NCBI GenBank assembly: GCA_052389275.1
Contig: JBQTID010000055.1
Span: 1-63,334 of the forward strand
DNA: 63,334 nt
Reading direction: 5' to 3'
From: Gemmatimonadota bacterium
GTDB taxonomy: Bacteria > Gemmatimonadota > Gemmatimonadetes > Longimicrobiales > RSA9
The notes below the pieces were generated by a model. That model saw only the letters and a program-made list of their open reading frames with translations. It did no database searches and had not been told where the DNA came from. This document shows, piece after piece, positions 38,290 to 48,451 of this stretch. Positions within the stretch are counted from its first letter, which is position 1. Every line of letters begins with the position of its first letter. Made by a program: the position numbers and the translations under genes.

Positions 38290-39402
38290 CTAAAGAACCT
38301 TCTCGACCGCCGTGTAGTCGAGCCCGAACGCCTCTGCCACTGCCTCATACACGACCTTACCGGCGACGATGTTCAGACCGAGCATCAGCGCGCGATCTTC
38401 CTTGCATGCATCCTTCCAGCCCCGATTCGCGAGCTTCAGACCGTACGGCAGCGTCGCATTCGTCAACGCGAAGGTCGACGTGCGCGGCACGCCGCCGGGC
38501 ATGTTCGCGACCGCATAGTGAACTACGTGATCGATGATGTAGATCGGGTCCTCGTGCGTGGTCGGCTGAATCGTCTCGACGCAGCCGCCCTGGTCGACGG
38601 CGACATCGACGATTACCGAGCCCGGTTTCATGATGCTGAGGTCTTCGCGCCGCACCAGTTTGGGTGCTTTCGCGCCCGGCAGCAGCACACCGCCGATCAC
38701 CAGATCGGCCGTGGCGAGCTGATCGAGCAGGTTTTGGCGATTCGAGTAGAGCACCGTCACGTTGGCTGGCATGACGTCGGATAGATAACGCAGACGTGGC
38801 AGTGACGTGTCGAGAATCGTAACGCGTGCGCCCAGCCCCGCGGCCATCTTCGCGCTGTTCGTTCCGACGACGCCGCCACCGATGATCAACACGTGACCAT
38901 TCTCGACGCCAGGCACGCCGCCCAGCAGGATGCCACGACCGCCATAGAACTTCTCGAGGTATTTCGCCCCCTCCTGCACCGCCATGCGGCCGGCCACTTC
39001 ACTCATCGGTGTAAGCAGCGGCAGCTCGCCACTCGGCAGCTGGACCGTCTCGTATGCGATGCAGATCGCGCCGGACTCGATCGACGCCTTGGTCAGACCT
39101 TCATCGGCCGCGTAATGGAAGTACGTGAAGATGACCTGGTTCTTGCGCATGAGCGGCCATTCGCGCGCGATCGGCTCTTTCACCTTCATGATCATGTCCG
39201 CGCGCCCCCACACAGCCTCCGCCGTCGCTGCGATCTTGGCGCCGAACGACTCGTACTGCGCATCATCGAAGCCGCTGCCGTCACCTGCGCCGCGCTCAAT
39301 GAGCACGGTGTGACCGCTGTTGACCAACGCCTCCGCGCCGCCCGGTGTCAGTGCGATGCGGTTCTCGTTGGTTTTGATTTCCTTGGGAACGCCGACAATC
39401 AT
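38290..39402 (-). CDS. ald: alanine dehydrogenase
   Basis: 370 aa. MIVGVPKEIKTNENRIALTPGG plus the NAD-binding motif VLIIGGGVVG. Confidence 0.9.
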   Translation of the reverse strand: MIVGVPKEIKTNENRIALTPGGAEALVNSGHTVLIERGAGDGSGFDDAQYESFGAKIAATAEAVWGRADMIMKVKEPIAREWPLMRKNQVIFTYFHYAADEGLTKASIESGAICIAYETVQLPSGELPLLTPMSEVAGRMAVQEGAKYLEKFYGGRGILLGGVPGVENGHVLIIGGGVVGTNSAKMAAGLGARVTILDTSLPRLRYLSDVMPANVTVLYSNRQNLLDQLATADLVIGGVLLPGAKAPKLVRREDLSIMKPGSVIVDVAVDQGGCVETIQPTTHEDPIYIIDHVVHYAVANMPGGVPRTSTFALTNATLPYGLKLANRGWKDACKEDRALMLGLNIVAGKVVYEAVAEAFGLDYTAVEKVL

Positions 39403-39410
39403 GTCAGTTC

Positions 39411-40646
39411 TCAGTTATCTGGTCCGAGTCTGACCACAACCTGCTGGTCAGGGTCAAAGTATTCTTCGGCCAACGCCTTAACATCGGCCTGCGTTACCGC
39501 ATCGACGCGCCGCATCATCTCGTCGATCGTGAGATACGGCTCATCGTAGAGCGCCGTACCGGCGAGGCGGTGCAGCCGGCTGCCGGGCCCTTCGAGTGAA
39601 AGCACGATCTGGCCTTTCACCTGTCCCTTCATATCCGCCAGCTCTTCGTCGGTCAGACCGAAGGCGGCGAGCTTCGCGTATTCTTCGCGAATCACAGCAG
39701 CTGCCTTGTCAGCCCACTCCGGCCGCGTGCCAACGTAAACGCCGCTGATGCCGCCCTCCTTGTAGAAGGACTGAAACGAATAGACCGCGTATGCGAGGCC
39801 CAGCTCTTCGCGCACCCGCTGGAACAAGCGCGAGCTCATGCCGCCGCCGAAGGCGTTTGACAGCAGCACGAGCGGATAGCGGCGAGCATCGCCGTGCCCG
39901 AATGTGCGCGTGCCGACCACGATATGCGTCTGCGCGGTCGGACGCGTGATCCGCTGCTCCTGCGGCCGCATCTGCGTGCTCGCCAGCACCTGCGCGGGCG
40001 CCGCGCCGTTGGGCGCCGCGTTGAACAGACCAGAGCTGCGATCGACAATTTGCTCGTGGCGTACGCTGCCTACGGCGGCAATCACCATGTTCGGCCTGCG
40101 ATATTCGCGGCTATGCACCCGCTTCAGGTCGTCGTCACTCAGGCTGCTGACGGTGTCGCGGGTGCCTAGAATCGAATAGCCGTAGGGATGATCGCCCCAC
40201 AACAGCTCCGCATGCAGATCGAAGATGAGATCATCCGGCGTGTCTTCGACCGTCGAGATCTCTTCGAGTACGACTTCGCGCTCGAGCTCGAGATCTTCGC
40301 GCCGCAGCAGCGGATCGACGACCATGTCGGCAAGCACATCGAGTGCGGTATCCAGATGCTCGTCGAGCACACGTGATTGAAAACACGTGTGCTGGCGCGT
40401 TGTGTTTGCATCCAATGAACCGCCCAGCCGTTCGGGCACCCGGGCGATCTCGCGGGCACTGCGCTTGCGCGTGCCCTTGAACACCATGTGCTCGAGCAGA
40501 TGACTCACGCCCATCTCGGCAGGCTGCTCGTGAATCGACCCGGTGCGAACCCAGACGCCGATCGATGCGGACCGCAGCGTCGGAATCTCCTCGGTCAGGA
40601 CCAGCAGGCCGCCAGCCAGCTCGGCCCGTTCGAACTGATCCGTCAC
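39411..40646 (-). CDS. M16-family zinc peptidase (insulinase-like)
   Basis: 411 aa with the inverted zinc motif HLLEHMVFKGT. Confidence 0.85.
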   Translation of the reverse strand: MTDQFERAELAGGLLVLTEEIPTLRSASIGVWVRTGSIHEQPAEMGVSHLLEHMVFKGTRKRSAREIARVPERLGGSLDANTTRQHTCFQSRVLDEHLDTALDVLADMVVDPLLRREDLELEREVVLEEISTVEDTPDDLIFDLHAELLWGDHPYGYSILGTRDTVSSLSDDDLKRVHSREYRRPNMVIAAVGSVRHEQIVDRSSGLFNAAPNGAAPAQVLASTQMRPQEQRITRPTAQTHIVVGTRTFGHGDARRYPLVLLSNAFGGGMSSRLFQRVREELGLAYAVYSFQSFYKEGGISGVYVGTRPEWADKAAAVIREEYAKLAAFGLTDEELADMKGQVKGQIVLSLEGPGSRLHRLAGTALYDEPYLTIDEMMRRVDAVTQADVKALAEEYFDPDQQVVVRLGPDN

Positions 40647-42757
40647 GACTGCTTTGCCTTCGCCTCTTCAGCGATAACCGCTTTGCGCGACAGCCGCATC
40701 TTGCCTTTCTCGTCGATCGAGAGAAGCTTGACGCGAATGATGTCGCCCTTTTTGACCACGTCTTCCGTCTTCTCGGTCCGCCCTTCCTGCAGCTCCGAGA
40801 TGTGCACCAATCCTTCGGTGCCCGGCATGATCTCGACGAATGCGCCGAACGTCGTGGTCGACTTGACCGGTCCTTCGTAGACGCGGCCGACTTCCGGCTC
40901 CTGCGTCATCTCGGCAATGCGCTGACGCGCACGCTCCGCGCCTTCGCCCGAAACGCTCGCGATCGTGACCACGCCGCTGTCCTCGATCGAGATGGTCGTG
41001 CCGGTCTCTTCCTGGATCGCGCGAATCGTCTTGCCCTTCGGCCCAATCACCTCGCCGATCTTTTCCGGATTGATCTGCATGGTCGAGATGCGTGGCGCCC
41101 ACTGCGACAACTCGGCGCGCGGCGCCGGCTGCACCTGGTCCATGATATCGAGAATGTGCATGCGGCCCTTCTTGGCGCGCTGCAGCGCATCCTTCATGAT
41201 CTCCAGCGTGAGACCCTGGATCTTGATGTCCATCTGAATCGACGTCACGCCATTGCGCGTGCCGGCGACCTTGAAGTCCATATCCCCGAGCGCGTCCTCC
41301 ATGCCGAGGATGTCGGTCAGGACCGCGATCTGGTCGCCCTCCTTGATCAATCCCATGGCGACGCCGGCGCACGAGCCGCGCAGCGGCACGCCTGCATCCA
41401 TCAGCGCGAGCGACGCCGCGCAAACCGATGCCATCGATGAGCTGCCATTGGACTCGAGGACTTCGGAAACCACGCGAATCGTGTAGGGAAACTCGTCGAA
41501 CGCGGGCAACAACGGCTGGATCGCGCGCTCGGCGAGTGCGCCATGACCGATCTCGCGTCGTCCCGTGCCTCTGACCGGTTTGACTTCGCCGGTCGAGAAA
41601 GGCGGGAAGTTGTAGTGCAGCATGAAGGACTTGGTCGTTTCCTGCTTCACGTTGACCGAGTCGATGCGCTGTTCATCCGCGCTGGTGCCGAGCGTAGCAA
41701 CACCGAGCGCCTGCGTCTGACCGCGCGTGAAGAGCGCGGAGCCGTGAGTTCTCGGCAGCACGCCGACTTCGACGCTGATTGGACGGATGTCAGCGACCTT
41801 GCGACCATCAGCGCGCACACCCTTTTCGAGGATCTGCCTGCGCATTGCATGGTACTCGTGCTCGTCGAGCAGGTTGCCGGCAACCGACATCTGCTCGGGA
41901 TACTGCTCGGCGACATGCGATTTCACTTCTTCGCGAACCGCGCCGAGCAATGCCTGGCGCTCCGCCTTGTCGGCTACCGTCATGGCGAGCTCGACACGAC
42001 CGGCAATCAAATCGGCGACGGCCTGCTTCACCTGATCGCTGACTTCGCTCGGGCTCCACGACATGGTCGGCTGCTTGAACGCATCCGCGAATTCCTTCTG
42101 AATCGCGACCAGCTCCTTGATGCCGGCGTGTGCGGCCTGGAGACCTTCCGCGATCTCTTCTTCGGAAATCTCGACACAGCCGCCCTCGACCATGAGGATC
42201 GCTTCGGCCGTGCCGGCGACTACGATGTCGACATCACTGAACTCGAGCTGTGGGAATGTCGGGTTCAGCACCCACTGACCTTGAATGCGGCCAATGCGCA
42301 CGGCCGCGACCGGATTATGGAACGGGACCTTCGACATGTAGAGCGCAACCGATGCGCCCATGATCGCGATCACATCCGCGTCGTTCTCCTGGTCGGCGGA
42401 CAGCACGGTCGCAAAAATCTGCGTCTCGTGCATGAAGCCTTCAGGAAAGAGCGGACGCACGGGACGATCGATCAGACGCGAAGACAGAATCTCGGTATCG
42501 CTCGGCCGCGTCTCCCGCTTCACGAAGCCGCCCGGGAACTTGCCCGCGGCATACGTGCGCTCGCGGTATTCCACGGTAAGCGGAAAGAAGGGCAGATGGG
42601 TCGGCTTGTCCTGGGTCGTCGCGGTGCAGAGGACGACCGTCTCGCCGTATTGAATCAGACAGGCACCATGCGCCTGCTTTGCCATCCGTCCCGTTTCCAG
42701 GATCAGCGGACGGCCCGCAAATGTCTTTTCTATTCTGTGCATAAGTTCTTTCCCCAC
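40643..42757 (-). CDS. pnp: polyribonucleotide nucleotidyltransferase
   Basis: 704 aa with two RNase PH domains followed by KH and S1 domains (GRVYEGPVKSTTTFGAFVEI). Confidence 0.95.
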   Translation of the reverse strand: MGKELMHRIEKTFAGRPLILETGRMAKQAHGACLIQYGETVVLCTATTQDKPTHLPFFPLTVEYRERTYAAGKFPGGFVKRETRPSDTEILSSRLIDRPVRPLFPEGFMHETQIFATVLSADQENDADVIAIMGASVALYMSKVPFHNPVAAVRIGRIQGQWVLNPTFPQLEFSDVDIVVAGTAEAILMVEGGCVEISEEEIAEGLQAAHAGIKELVAIQKEFADAFKQPTMSWSPSEVSDQVKQAVADLIAGRVELAMTVADKAERQALLGAVREEVKSHVAEQYPEQMSVAGNLLDEHEYHAMRRQILEKGVRADGRKVADIRPISVEVGVLPRTHGSALFTRGQTQALGVATLGTSADEQRIDSVNVKQETTKSFMLHYNFPPFSTGEVKPVRGTGRREIGHGALAERAIQPLLPAFDEFPYTIRVVSEVLESNGSSSMASVCAASLALMDAGVPLRGSCAGVAMGLIKEGDQIAVLTDILGMEDALGDMDFKVAGTRNGVTSIQMDIKIQGLTLEIMKDALQRAKKGRMHILDIMDQVQPAPRAELSQWAPRISTMQINPEKIGEVIGPKGKTIRAIQEETGTTISIEDSGVVTIASVSGEGAERARQRIAEMTQEPEVGRVYEGPVKSTTTFGAFVEIMPGTEGLVHISELQEGRTEKTEDVVKKGDIIRVKLLSIDEKGKMRLSRKAVIAEEAKAKQS

Positions 42758-42765
42758 CCAGCCGA

Positions 42766-43026
42766 TTAGTGACGGAGTCCGAGATCGTCAATCAACGAGC
42801 GGTAACGGTCGAGATCCGTCTTTTTGAGGTATTCCAACAGGCGACGTCGCTTGCCCACCATCATGAGCAGGCCGCGGCGGCTGTGATGATCCTTCGGATG
42901 CTTGCGGAAGTGATCGGTGAGGTCGTTGATGCGCGTTGTCAAAAGCGCGATCTGGACGGGAGCGCTGCCGCGATCATTCTCGTGCAGCTGGTATTTCTTG
43001 ACGATGTCGTTCTTGTCGGTGACCAT
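42766..43026 (-). CDS. rpsO: 30S ribosomal protein S15
   Basis: 86 aa. [48 protein letters not shown]. Confidence 0.95.
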   Translation of the reverse strand: MVTDKNDIVKKYQLHENDRGSAPVQIALLTTRINDLTDHFRKHPKDHHSRRGLLMMVGKRRRLLEYLKKTDLDRYRSLIDDLGLRH

Positions 43027-43108
43027 ATTGGCCCGCCTCCTCGAAAGTCGATGCTAAAGAGGAAGCCAAGGCGCCTCGTGCGCTCTCAGCTATCGTAAAC
43101 AGCCTTTA

Positions 43109-43137
43109 AGTTTACTGGCTTTTGGGGTTTAGGACAA
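43109..43137 (-). promoter_or_regulatory. candidate promoter for rpsO
   Basis: On the minus strand: TTGTCC (43137-43132), 17 nt spacer, TAAACT (43114-43109). This leaves a ~80-nt leader ending in GAGGAGG before the ATG. Confidence 0.3.
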
Positions 43138-43153
43138 CCGGCCTGGAACGAAT

Positions 43154-43329
43154 GCGGGCGCGGTCGCGGGCGGGGGCGCGGGCGCGGGAACTAACTCGGG
43201 CGCGGGTGGCGGGCGCGGGCTGCGGGCGCGGCCCGCTGCCCAAACCATGACCACGACCCGCGCCCGCGACCCGCTAACCGCGAACCGCGTCGTTTCCCGC
43301 GCCCGCGCCCCCGCCTGCGCCCCCGCCCG
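43154..43329. repeat. GC-rich palindromic element (GCGGGCGC / GGGAA family) overlapping the ribF 3' end
   Basis: The left half is GCGGGCGCGGTCGCGGGCGGGGGCGCGGGCGCGGGAA.. and the right half is its imperfect reverse complement (..TTTCCCGCGCCCGCGCCCCCGCC). Bases 43156-43190 are 34/35 identical to 50978-51012. Confidence 0.85.
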
Positions 43330-44239
43330 AGAGAATTCGGCGCGCAGCCTGCCCATCGTTCCGCATCGCGGCCGCCAACTCAGCCATCGAGTCAAACCTC
43401 TCGATGCCTCGAATCCGGTCCACGAACTCGACCTTGAGCATCTGGCCGTACAGATCACCGGAAAAATCGAAGAGGTGGACCTCGATGCTAGGCAGAGCCT
43501 GTTCGAACGTCGGGCGCGGGCCCAGATGCGCCACGCCCGGCCGACCGTTTGCGCGCACGGCGTAGATGCCTTCGAGCGGAATCAGCTTGTCCGGATCCGC
43601 GACCTCGAGATTGGCGGTCGGCATGTCCAGCTCCCTGCCACGACCGTCCCCACGCACCACGGTGCCGCGCAGCGAGTAGGCTCGCCCCAGTCCGGCGGCC
43701 GCCGAAACGACGTCGCCATGAAGCAGCGCTTTCCTGATCTTCGAGGATGAGACGTTATCGCCATTCAGCCGGTACGGCTTCACAATGTCGACCTCGAATC
43801 CAATTTCAGCGCCAATCCGCTTGAGTGTCTCGACATCGCCGCGGCGGCCACGCCCAAAGCCGTGATCGTAACCGATGACGAGATGGGACAAGCCGTAACG
43901 GCCGATCAGGATTTCGCGGACGAAGCGCTCCGGCTCGTATTGCGACAACTCGTATGTGAAGCGCACGTGCGCAATCACATCGATGCCGTATTGAGCGATG
44001 ATCTCCTCTTTCTCGTGGGGCGTAGTCAGCAGCTGCGGCGCATCGACTGGTCGCACGATCTTCACGGGATGCGGGTCGAACGTCACCAGCACGCTGCGCT
44101 CGCCGCGCTCGCGCGCGACGCTCACCAGCTCATCGAGCACCTCCTGATGGCCGCGATGCACGCCGTCGAACGTGCCGACCGTGACTGCGCTGGGCTCACT
44201 CAATGGGAAACACCTTTTTCGGCTTGATGCGCTCGCCAT
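43274..44239 (-). CDS. ribF: bifunctional riboflavin kinase / FAD synthetase
   Basis: 321 aa. VGTFDGVHRGH and a C-terminal riboflavin kinase block (PTANL, YAV, GPRPTF). The last ~20 aa (SGGGAGGGAGAGNDAVRG) are encoded by the GC-rich repeat. Confidence 0.9.
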   Translation of the reverse strand: MASASSRKRCFPLSEPSAVTVGTFDGVHRGHQEVLDELVSVARERGERSVLVTFDPHPVKIVRPVDAPQLLTTPHEKEEIIAQYGIDVIAHVRFTYELSQYEPERFVREILIGRYGLSHLVIGYDHGFGRGRRGDVETLKRIGAEIGFEVDIVKPYRLNGDNVSSSKIRKALLHGDVVSAAAGLGRAYSLRGTVVRGDGRGRELDMPTANLEVADPDKLIPLEGIYAVRANGRPGVAHLGPRPTFEQALPSIEVHLFDFSGDLYGQMLKVEFVDRIRGIERFDSMAELAAAMRNDGQAARRILSGGGAGGGAGAGNDAVRG

Positions 44240-45074
44240 CCGACTCGGCTATTGCAACGAGCTGAGTAGCGCGCGTAACGGCCACTATTCCTGGCGGCGC
44301 TGCCGCGCTCACAATCTGTCCGAAGCGGAGCGCTCGTTCGTCCGCCTCAGCAACGTCCAGGCGCGGCAGATGCGCTATCGCCGCAACCATCGACAACCGC
44401 GCCGCAGTGACCTGCTCCACATCGGTCAGCGCCTCCGGCGCGATTGCCTGAGACCCATCGAACTTGCCGATCGCCAGCCGTCTCAGCTCCTTCAAATGAC
44501 CGCCGGTTCCGAGCGCGGCGCCCACGTCGCGCGCAATTGCGCGCACGTATGTGCCGCTCGAGCAATCGACTTCGAATGCAACTTCCGGCAGATCCATCGC
44601 AAGTATACGGATATCGTAGATGGTGACTTCGATGGGAGACAAGTCCACCTGCTCGCCGCGCCGCGCAATCGCATAAGCGCGTTCGCCCGCGATCTTCTTG
44701 GCGGAATAACTCGAGGGACGCTGGCTAATCACGCCGCCCTGGCGCTCGAAAGCGTCGCGCAGCGCGCGTTCGTCGAGCGCACGCCAGCTATCCGACGTCG
44801 AAATGAAATCGCCAGTGCAATCGTCGGTCGTGGTCGCACCGTCGAAGCGCGCAAGCGCGCGATATCTCTTGGGTAGATCCGTCAGGTATTCGGCGAGGCG
44901 GGTCGCGTTGTTGATGCAGAGGAGCAGCAGACCGGAAGCGAATGGATCGAGCGTGCCGGTGTGACCGATTCGGCGCGTACCGAGCGCGCGGCGCGCAATC
45001 GCAACAATGTCGTGAGATGTAGGCCCGACCGGTTTATCGACCGGTAGTACGAAAGAATCGGCCTGTACCGCTAT
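44196..45074 (-). CDS. truB: tRNA pseudouridine-55 synthase (start codon unresolved)
   Basis: The ORF track gives only 44196..44732. The same frame continues upstream without a stop and encodes FVLPVDKPVGPTSHDIVAIARRALGTRRIGHTGTLDPFASGLLLL, the catalytic N-terminal domain. There is no ATG, GTG or TTG in that frame upstream of 44732. Confidence 0.75.
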   Translation of the reverse strand: MAVQADSFVLPVDKPVGPTSHDIVAIARRALGTRRIGHTGTLDPFASGLLLLCINNATRLAEYLTDLPKRYRALARFDGATTTDDCTGDFISTSDSWRALDERALRDAFERQGGVISQRPSSYSAKKIAGERAYAIARRGEQVDLSPIEVTIYDIRILAMDLPEVAFEVDCSSGTYVRAIARDVGAALGTGGHLKELRRLAIGKFDGSQAIAPEALTDVEQVTAARLSMVAAIAHLPRLDVAEADERALRFGQIVSAAAPPGIVAVTRATQLVAIAESDGERIKPKKVFPIE

Positions 45075-45421
45075 TGGTCCTCCGCCTTCTTGATCTCGCT
45101 CAGTAGCTTCTCGATGTGCAGCCCGTAATCGAGCGCCTTGTCGGCCTCGAAGCGCAGCTCCGGCACGGTCCGAACCTTCAACCGCTTGCTGAGCTCGCGC
45201 CGCACGTACGGCGAAGCCGCCGCCAGTCCTTCGAGCGCCGCTTCCTGTTCCTTTTCATCACCCATCGGCCGGACGTACACGCGCGCAATCGAGAGATCCG
45301 GCGCGACGCGCGCTTCGGTGACTGTCACGATGCCGACGCGCGGATCGCGAACCTCCGAACGCAGAATATCGGAGACCTCGCGCTTTACCTGCTCATTCAA
45401 CCGTTCGATTCTGCGGCTCAT
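45071..45421 (-). CDS. rbfA: ribosome-binding factor A
   Basis: 116 aa. RIERLNEQVKREVSDIL..DPRVGIVTVTEARVAPDLSIARVYV. Confidence 0.9.
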   Translation of the reverse strand: MSRRIERLNEQVKREVSDILRSEVRDPRVGIVTVTEARVAPDLSIARVYVRPMGDEKEQEAALEGLAAASPYVRRELSKRLKVRTVPELRFEADKALDYGLHIEKLLSEIKKAEDQ

Positions 45422-45699
45422 TGGAAATATCTCTGGCTGTCGATGATTCGGGCGCGGTCTTCTGTGCCCACCAGATCATCCGCGTTCTGCAATACTGATT
45501 CCGCTACCCTTTTGTCCGAGGCAACCACGCATGCACTGAGCTCGGCGCGCTGCCAGAGATCCTGGTGGCCGGTTTCCGCGGCTGAAACGTTGAATCGGTC
45601 GTGGAGACGGTCTTTAAGACTCTTCACCACAGACCGCTTCTCTTTTAACGATTGCGCACCCAGGATTTCCAATTCCCAGCTGATTACGCCTATAACCAT
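45418..45699 (-). CDS. DUF503 (YlxP-like) protein
   Basis: Part of ORF 45418..45738. The preferred start is the ATG at 45697-45699 (MVIGVISWELEILGAQSLKEKRSVVKSLKDRL). The longer TTG-start version begins inside the repeat. Confidence 0.75.
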   Translation of the reverse strand: MVIGVISWELEILGAQSLKEKRSVVKSLKDRLHDRFNVSAAETGHQDLWQRAELSACVVASDKRVAESVLQNADDLVGTEDRARIIDSQRYFQ

Positions 45700-45776
45700 G
45701 AGAGAATGTGGGATTGTGGGAGTGTGTGAGTGTGGCAAACATCCATCTCACATTCCCACATTCTCACACTCACTCC
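45700..45776. repeat. period-8 inverted-arm hairpin (GTGAGTGT/GGGAGTGT subfamily)
   Basis: Left arm is GAGAATGT GGGATTGT GGGAGTGT GTGAGTGT GG. Right arm is CTCACATT CCCACATT CTCACACT CACTCC. It contains the infB stop (45770-45772) and abuts the DUF503 ATG. Confidence 0.85.
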
Positions 45777-48436
45777 TGTGCCGAGGCCGCCAGGGAACGT
45801 GCCACACTTTCCACCTTGAACGTTTCGATATGATCGCCAATCTTCAGATCATTGTAGCCTTCCACGCTCATACCACACTCGAAGCCTTCACGGACTTCCT
45901 TCACGTCATCCTTGAAGCGGCGCAGGCTCGACAAACCACCCAGATAGACCTGCACGCCGTCACGCACTACGCGCACCTGGCTCTTGCGATCGATGACGCC
46001 TTCGGTAACCATGCAGCCCGCGACCGTGCCGAACTTCGGCACCTTGAACAGCTGGCGGACTTCGGCAACGCCGACCAGCACTTCGCGCTCTTCCGGTGCG
46101 AGCATGCCTTCCAGCGCGGAACGGACTTCTTCGATCGCCTCGTAGATGATGTTGTACTGGCGAATGTCCACGCCTTCACGCGCTGCGGTCGCCCGCGCTT
46201 CCGCAGTCGGCCGCACATGGAACCCGATGATGATCGAGCCCGAGGACGCCGCGAGCAGTACGTCGGACTCGTTGATCGCGCCGACACCGCGGTGAATCAC
46301 GTCGACCTGAACTTCATTGGTCGAGAGTTGGCCCAGTGCGTCGGACAGCGCCTGAACCGAGCCATCCACGTCGCCCTTGATGATCAGGTTCAGATACGCA
46401 GTCTGACCCTGCGCGAGCAGCTTGCTGATATCCGTCAGCTTGACACCGCGGCTCTTGACGCGCAGCTGCTTCTCGCGCTCCAGGCGGTGGCGCGTCTGCG
46501 CGATCTCGGCAGCCTTGACCGCATCCATGACCAGCAGCACATCGCCGGCCTGCGGCACACCCGGCATGCCGAGCACCTGAACCGGCACGCCCGGACCCGC
46601 TTCCTTGACCGTCTTGCCGCGCTCATCTAGCAGTGCGCGCACGCGTCCGTCGTAATGGCCGCACACGAACGCATCGCCGACGCGCAGTGTGCCGTTGGTC
46701 ACGAGCACGGTTGCGACCGGGCCCTTACCAATGTCGAGCAGCGCTTCGACCACGATGCCGTTCGCCGGCCGATCCGGATTCGCCTTGCGGTCGAGCACTT
46801 CCGCCTGTAGCAGCACCTTGTCGAGCAGATCGCTGATACCGTTGCCCTTCTTCGCGCTGACTTCCGCGGACAGCACGTCACCACCGAAGTCTTCAACGAC
46901 GACGCCATGCTGCAGCAATTCCTGTTTCACCTTCGATGGATTCGCCGCCGGCAGATCGACCTTGTTGATCGCGACGATCATTGGCACGCCTGCGTTCTTC
47001 GCGTGACTAATCGCTTCGACCGTCTGCGGCATGACCGAGTCATCCGCTGCAACCACGAGGATTACGATGTCGGTGACTTCGGCGCCGCGCGCACGCATTG
47101 CGGTGACCGCCGCGTGACCCGGCGTATCGAGGACCGTGATCGAACGGCCGTCCTCGAGCTTCACGTGATACGCACCGATGTGCTGCGTGATACCGCCGGA
47201 TTCACCCGCGATGACGTTGGTCTTGCGCACATAGTCGAGCAGTGACGTCTTGCCGTGGTCTACGTGGCCCATGACCGTAACGATCGGGGGACGCGGCTTG
47301 AGATCTTCCGGCTTGTCTTCTTCGACCGCGCTGTCGGCTGCCTCGGACGTGTATTCCGTCTCGCGCACCGCGCGGAAACCGAATTCGTCGAGCAGCAGCT
47401 CGATTTGATCGAAGTCCAGACGCTGGTTGATGGTGACCATCAGCCCCAGATTCTTGAACGCGCTGCCAATGATCTCGGTCGGGCTGTGGTCGATCAGCTC
47501 CGCGATCTCCGCAACCGTGAGGAATTCGTTGACGCGAACCGTCTCCGCTTCCTCGACTGCACGCCGCTGGCGCTCGGCCTCCATCTCGACGCGGCTCGGA
47601 GCTTCTTCGCGGCGGTGCTTCTTCTTCTTGCCGCCGCCCTTCAGCTCCGCCAGCACGCGATTGATGTTCTCCTGAACTTCTTCCTGATCGACCTTGCGCT
47701 GCTTCTTCTTTTTCTTATCGGGCTTGCCGCCGGCGCCGACCGCGGGCTTTGCGCCCTGCGTCGCCTTGCGGCCATCGGAAGTGAAGCCTTCCGCCTGGAT
47801 GCGCACGTGACCACCCGGACCCGCGCTGGCAGCCGGACGTTGTTCGGTGGGCCGCTGCGGCCGCGCCGGCCGATCCTGCCGCTGCTGAACCGCACGTTGC
47901 GGCGGCGGCGGCGGCTGGCGCGGCTGCGTCCAGCCCAGGACTTCGGCGGCTCGCCGCAGCTTGGGTTTTTGTTCAGCCGTGATCTCGCGCTTCGCCGGTG
48001 CTGCTGGCCCCTCTTCGGTCGGCGCTTCCGCGCCAGCTTCCGCAGCAGGTGCCTCGATCGGCTCGGGCTTCTCGGGGAACAGGTCTTCCAGCTTCGGCTT
48101 TTCGGCGAGCGGACCGGTGAAAATGTCCGTCTTTGCAACCGGCTCCGCGACCGGCTCGGCCTCCGCCTCCGCGACCGGCTCGGGTGCCGGCGGCAGGTCT
48201 TCCTTCCTGCGACGACGCCGCTTGGTGGGCTGCGCATCCTCGATCACCGTATCGATCGCTTCGGCTTCGTCGTGGCCGGCTCGGCGCTCGCGCTCGAAAC
48301 GCGCACGCAGCTTGGCAACAGTTGCGTCGTCGACAGCGGTTGCTTCGCTGCGGATGGCGACGCCCATGCTGCGCAACAGCTGCGTCAGCTTTTCGGGATC
48401 GATCTTGAATTCTCTTGCTACTTCGTAAACGCGCAT
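45770..48436 (-). CDS. infB: translation initiation factor IF-2
   Basis: 888 aa with a low-complexity N-terminal region, a GTPase domain ([21 protein letters not shown]) and conserved C-terminal domains. Confidence 0.95.
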   Translation of the reverse strand: MRVYEVAREFKIDPEKLTQLLRSMGVAIRSEATAVDDATVAKLRARFERERRAGHDEAEAIDTVIEDAQPTKRRRRRKEDLPPAPEPVAEAEAEPVAEPVAKTDIFTGPLAEKPKLEDLFPEKPEPIEAPAAEAGAEAPTEEGPAAPAKREITAEQKPKLRRAAEVLGWTQPRQPPPPPQRAVQQRQDRPARPQRPTEQRPAASAGPGGHVRIQAEGFTSDGRKATQGAKPAVGAGGKPDKKKKKQRKVDQEEVQENINRVLAELKGGGKKKKHRREEAPSRVEMEAERQRRAVEEAETVRVNEFLTVAEIAELIDHSPTEIIGSAFKNLGLMVTINQRLDFDQIELLLDEFGFRAVRETEYTSEAADSAVEEDKPEDLKPRPPIVTVMGHVDHGKTSLLDYVRKTNVIAGESGGITQHIGAYHVKLEDGRSITVLDTPGHAAVTAMRARGAEVTDIVILVVAADDSVMPQTVEAISHAKNAGVPMIVAINKVDLPAANPSKVKQELLQHGVVVEDFGGDVLSAEVSAKKGNGISDLLDKVLLQAEVLDRKANPDRPANGIVVEALLDIGKGPVATVLVTNGTLRVGDAFVCGHYDGRVRALLDERGKTVKEAGPGVPVQVLGMPGVPQAGDVLLVMDAVKAAEIAQTRHRLEREKQLRVKSRGVKLTDISKLLAQGQTAYLNLIIKGDVDGSVQALSDALGQLSTNEVQVDVIHRGVGAINESDVLLAASSGSIIIGFHVRPTAEARATAAREGVDIRQYNIIYEAIEEVRSALEGMLAPEEREVLVGVAEVRQLFKVPKFGTVAGCMVTEGVIDRKSQVRVVRDGVQVYLGGLSSLRRFKDDVKEVREGFECGMSVEGYNDLKIGDHIETFKVESVARSLAASAQE

Positions 48437-48451
48437 ACCCTAAACAAAACA

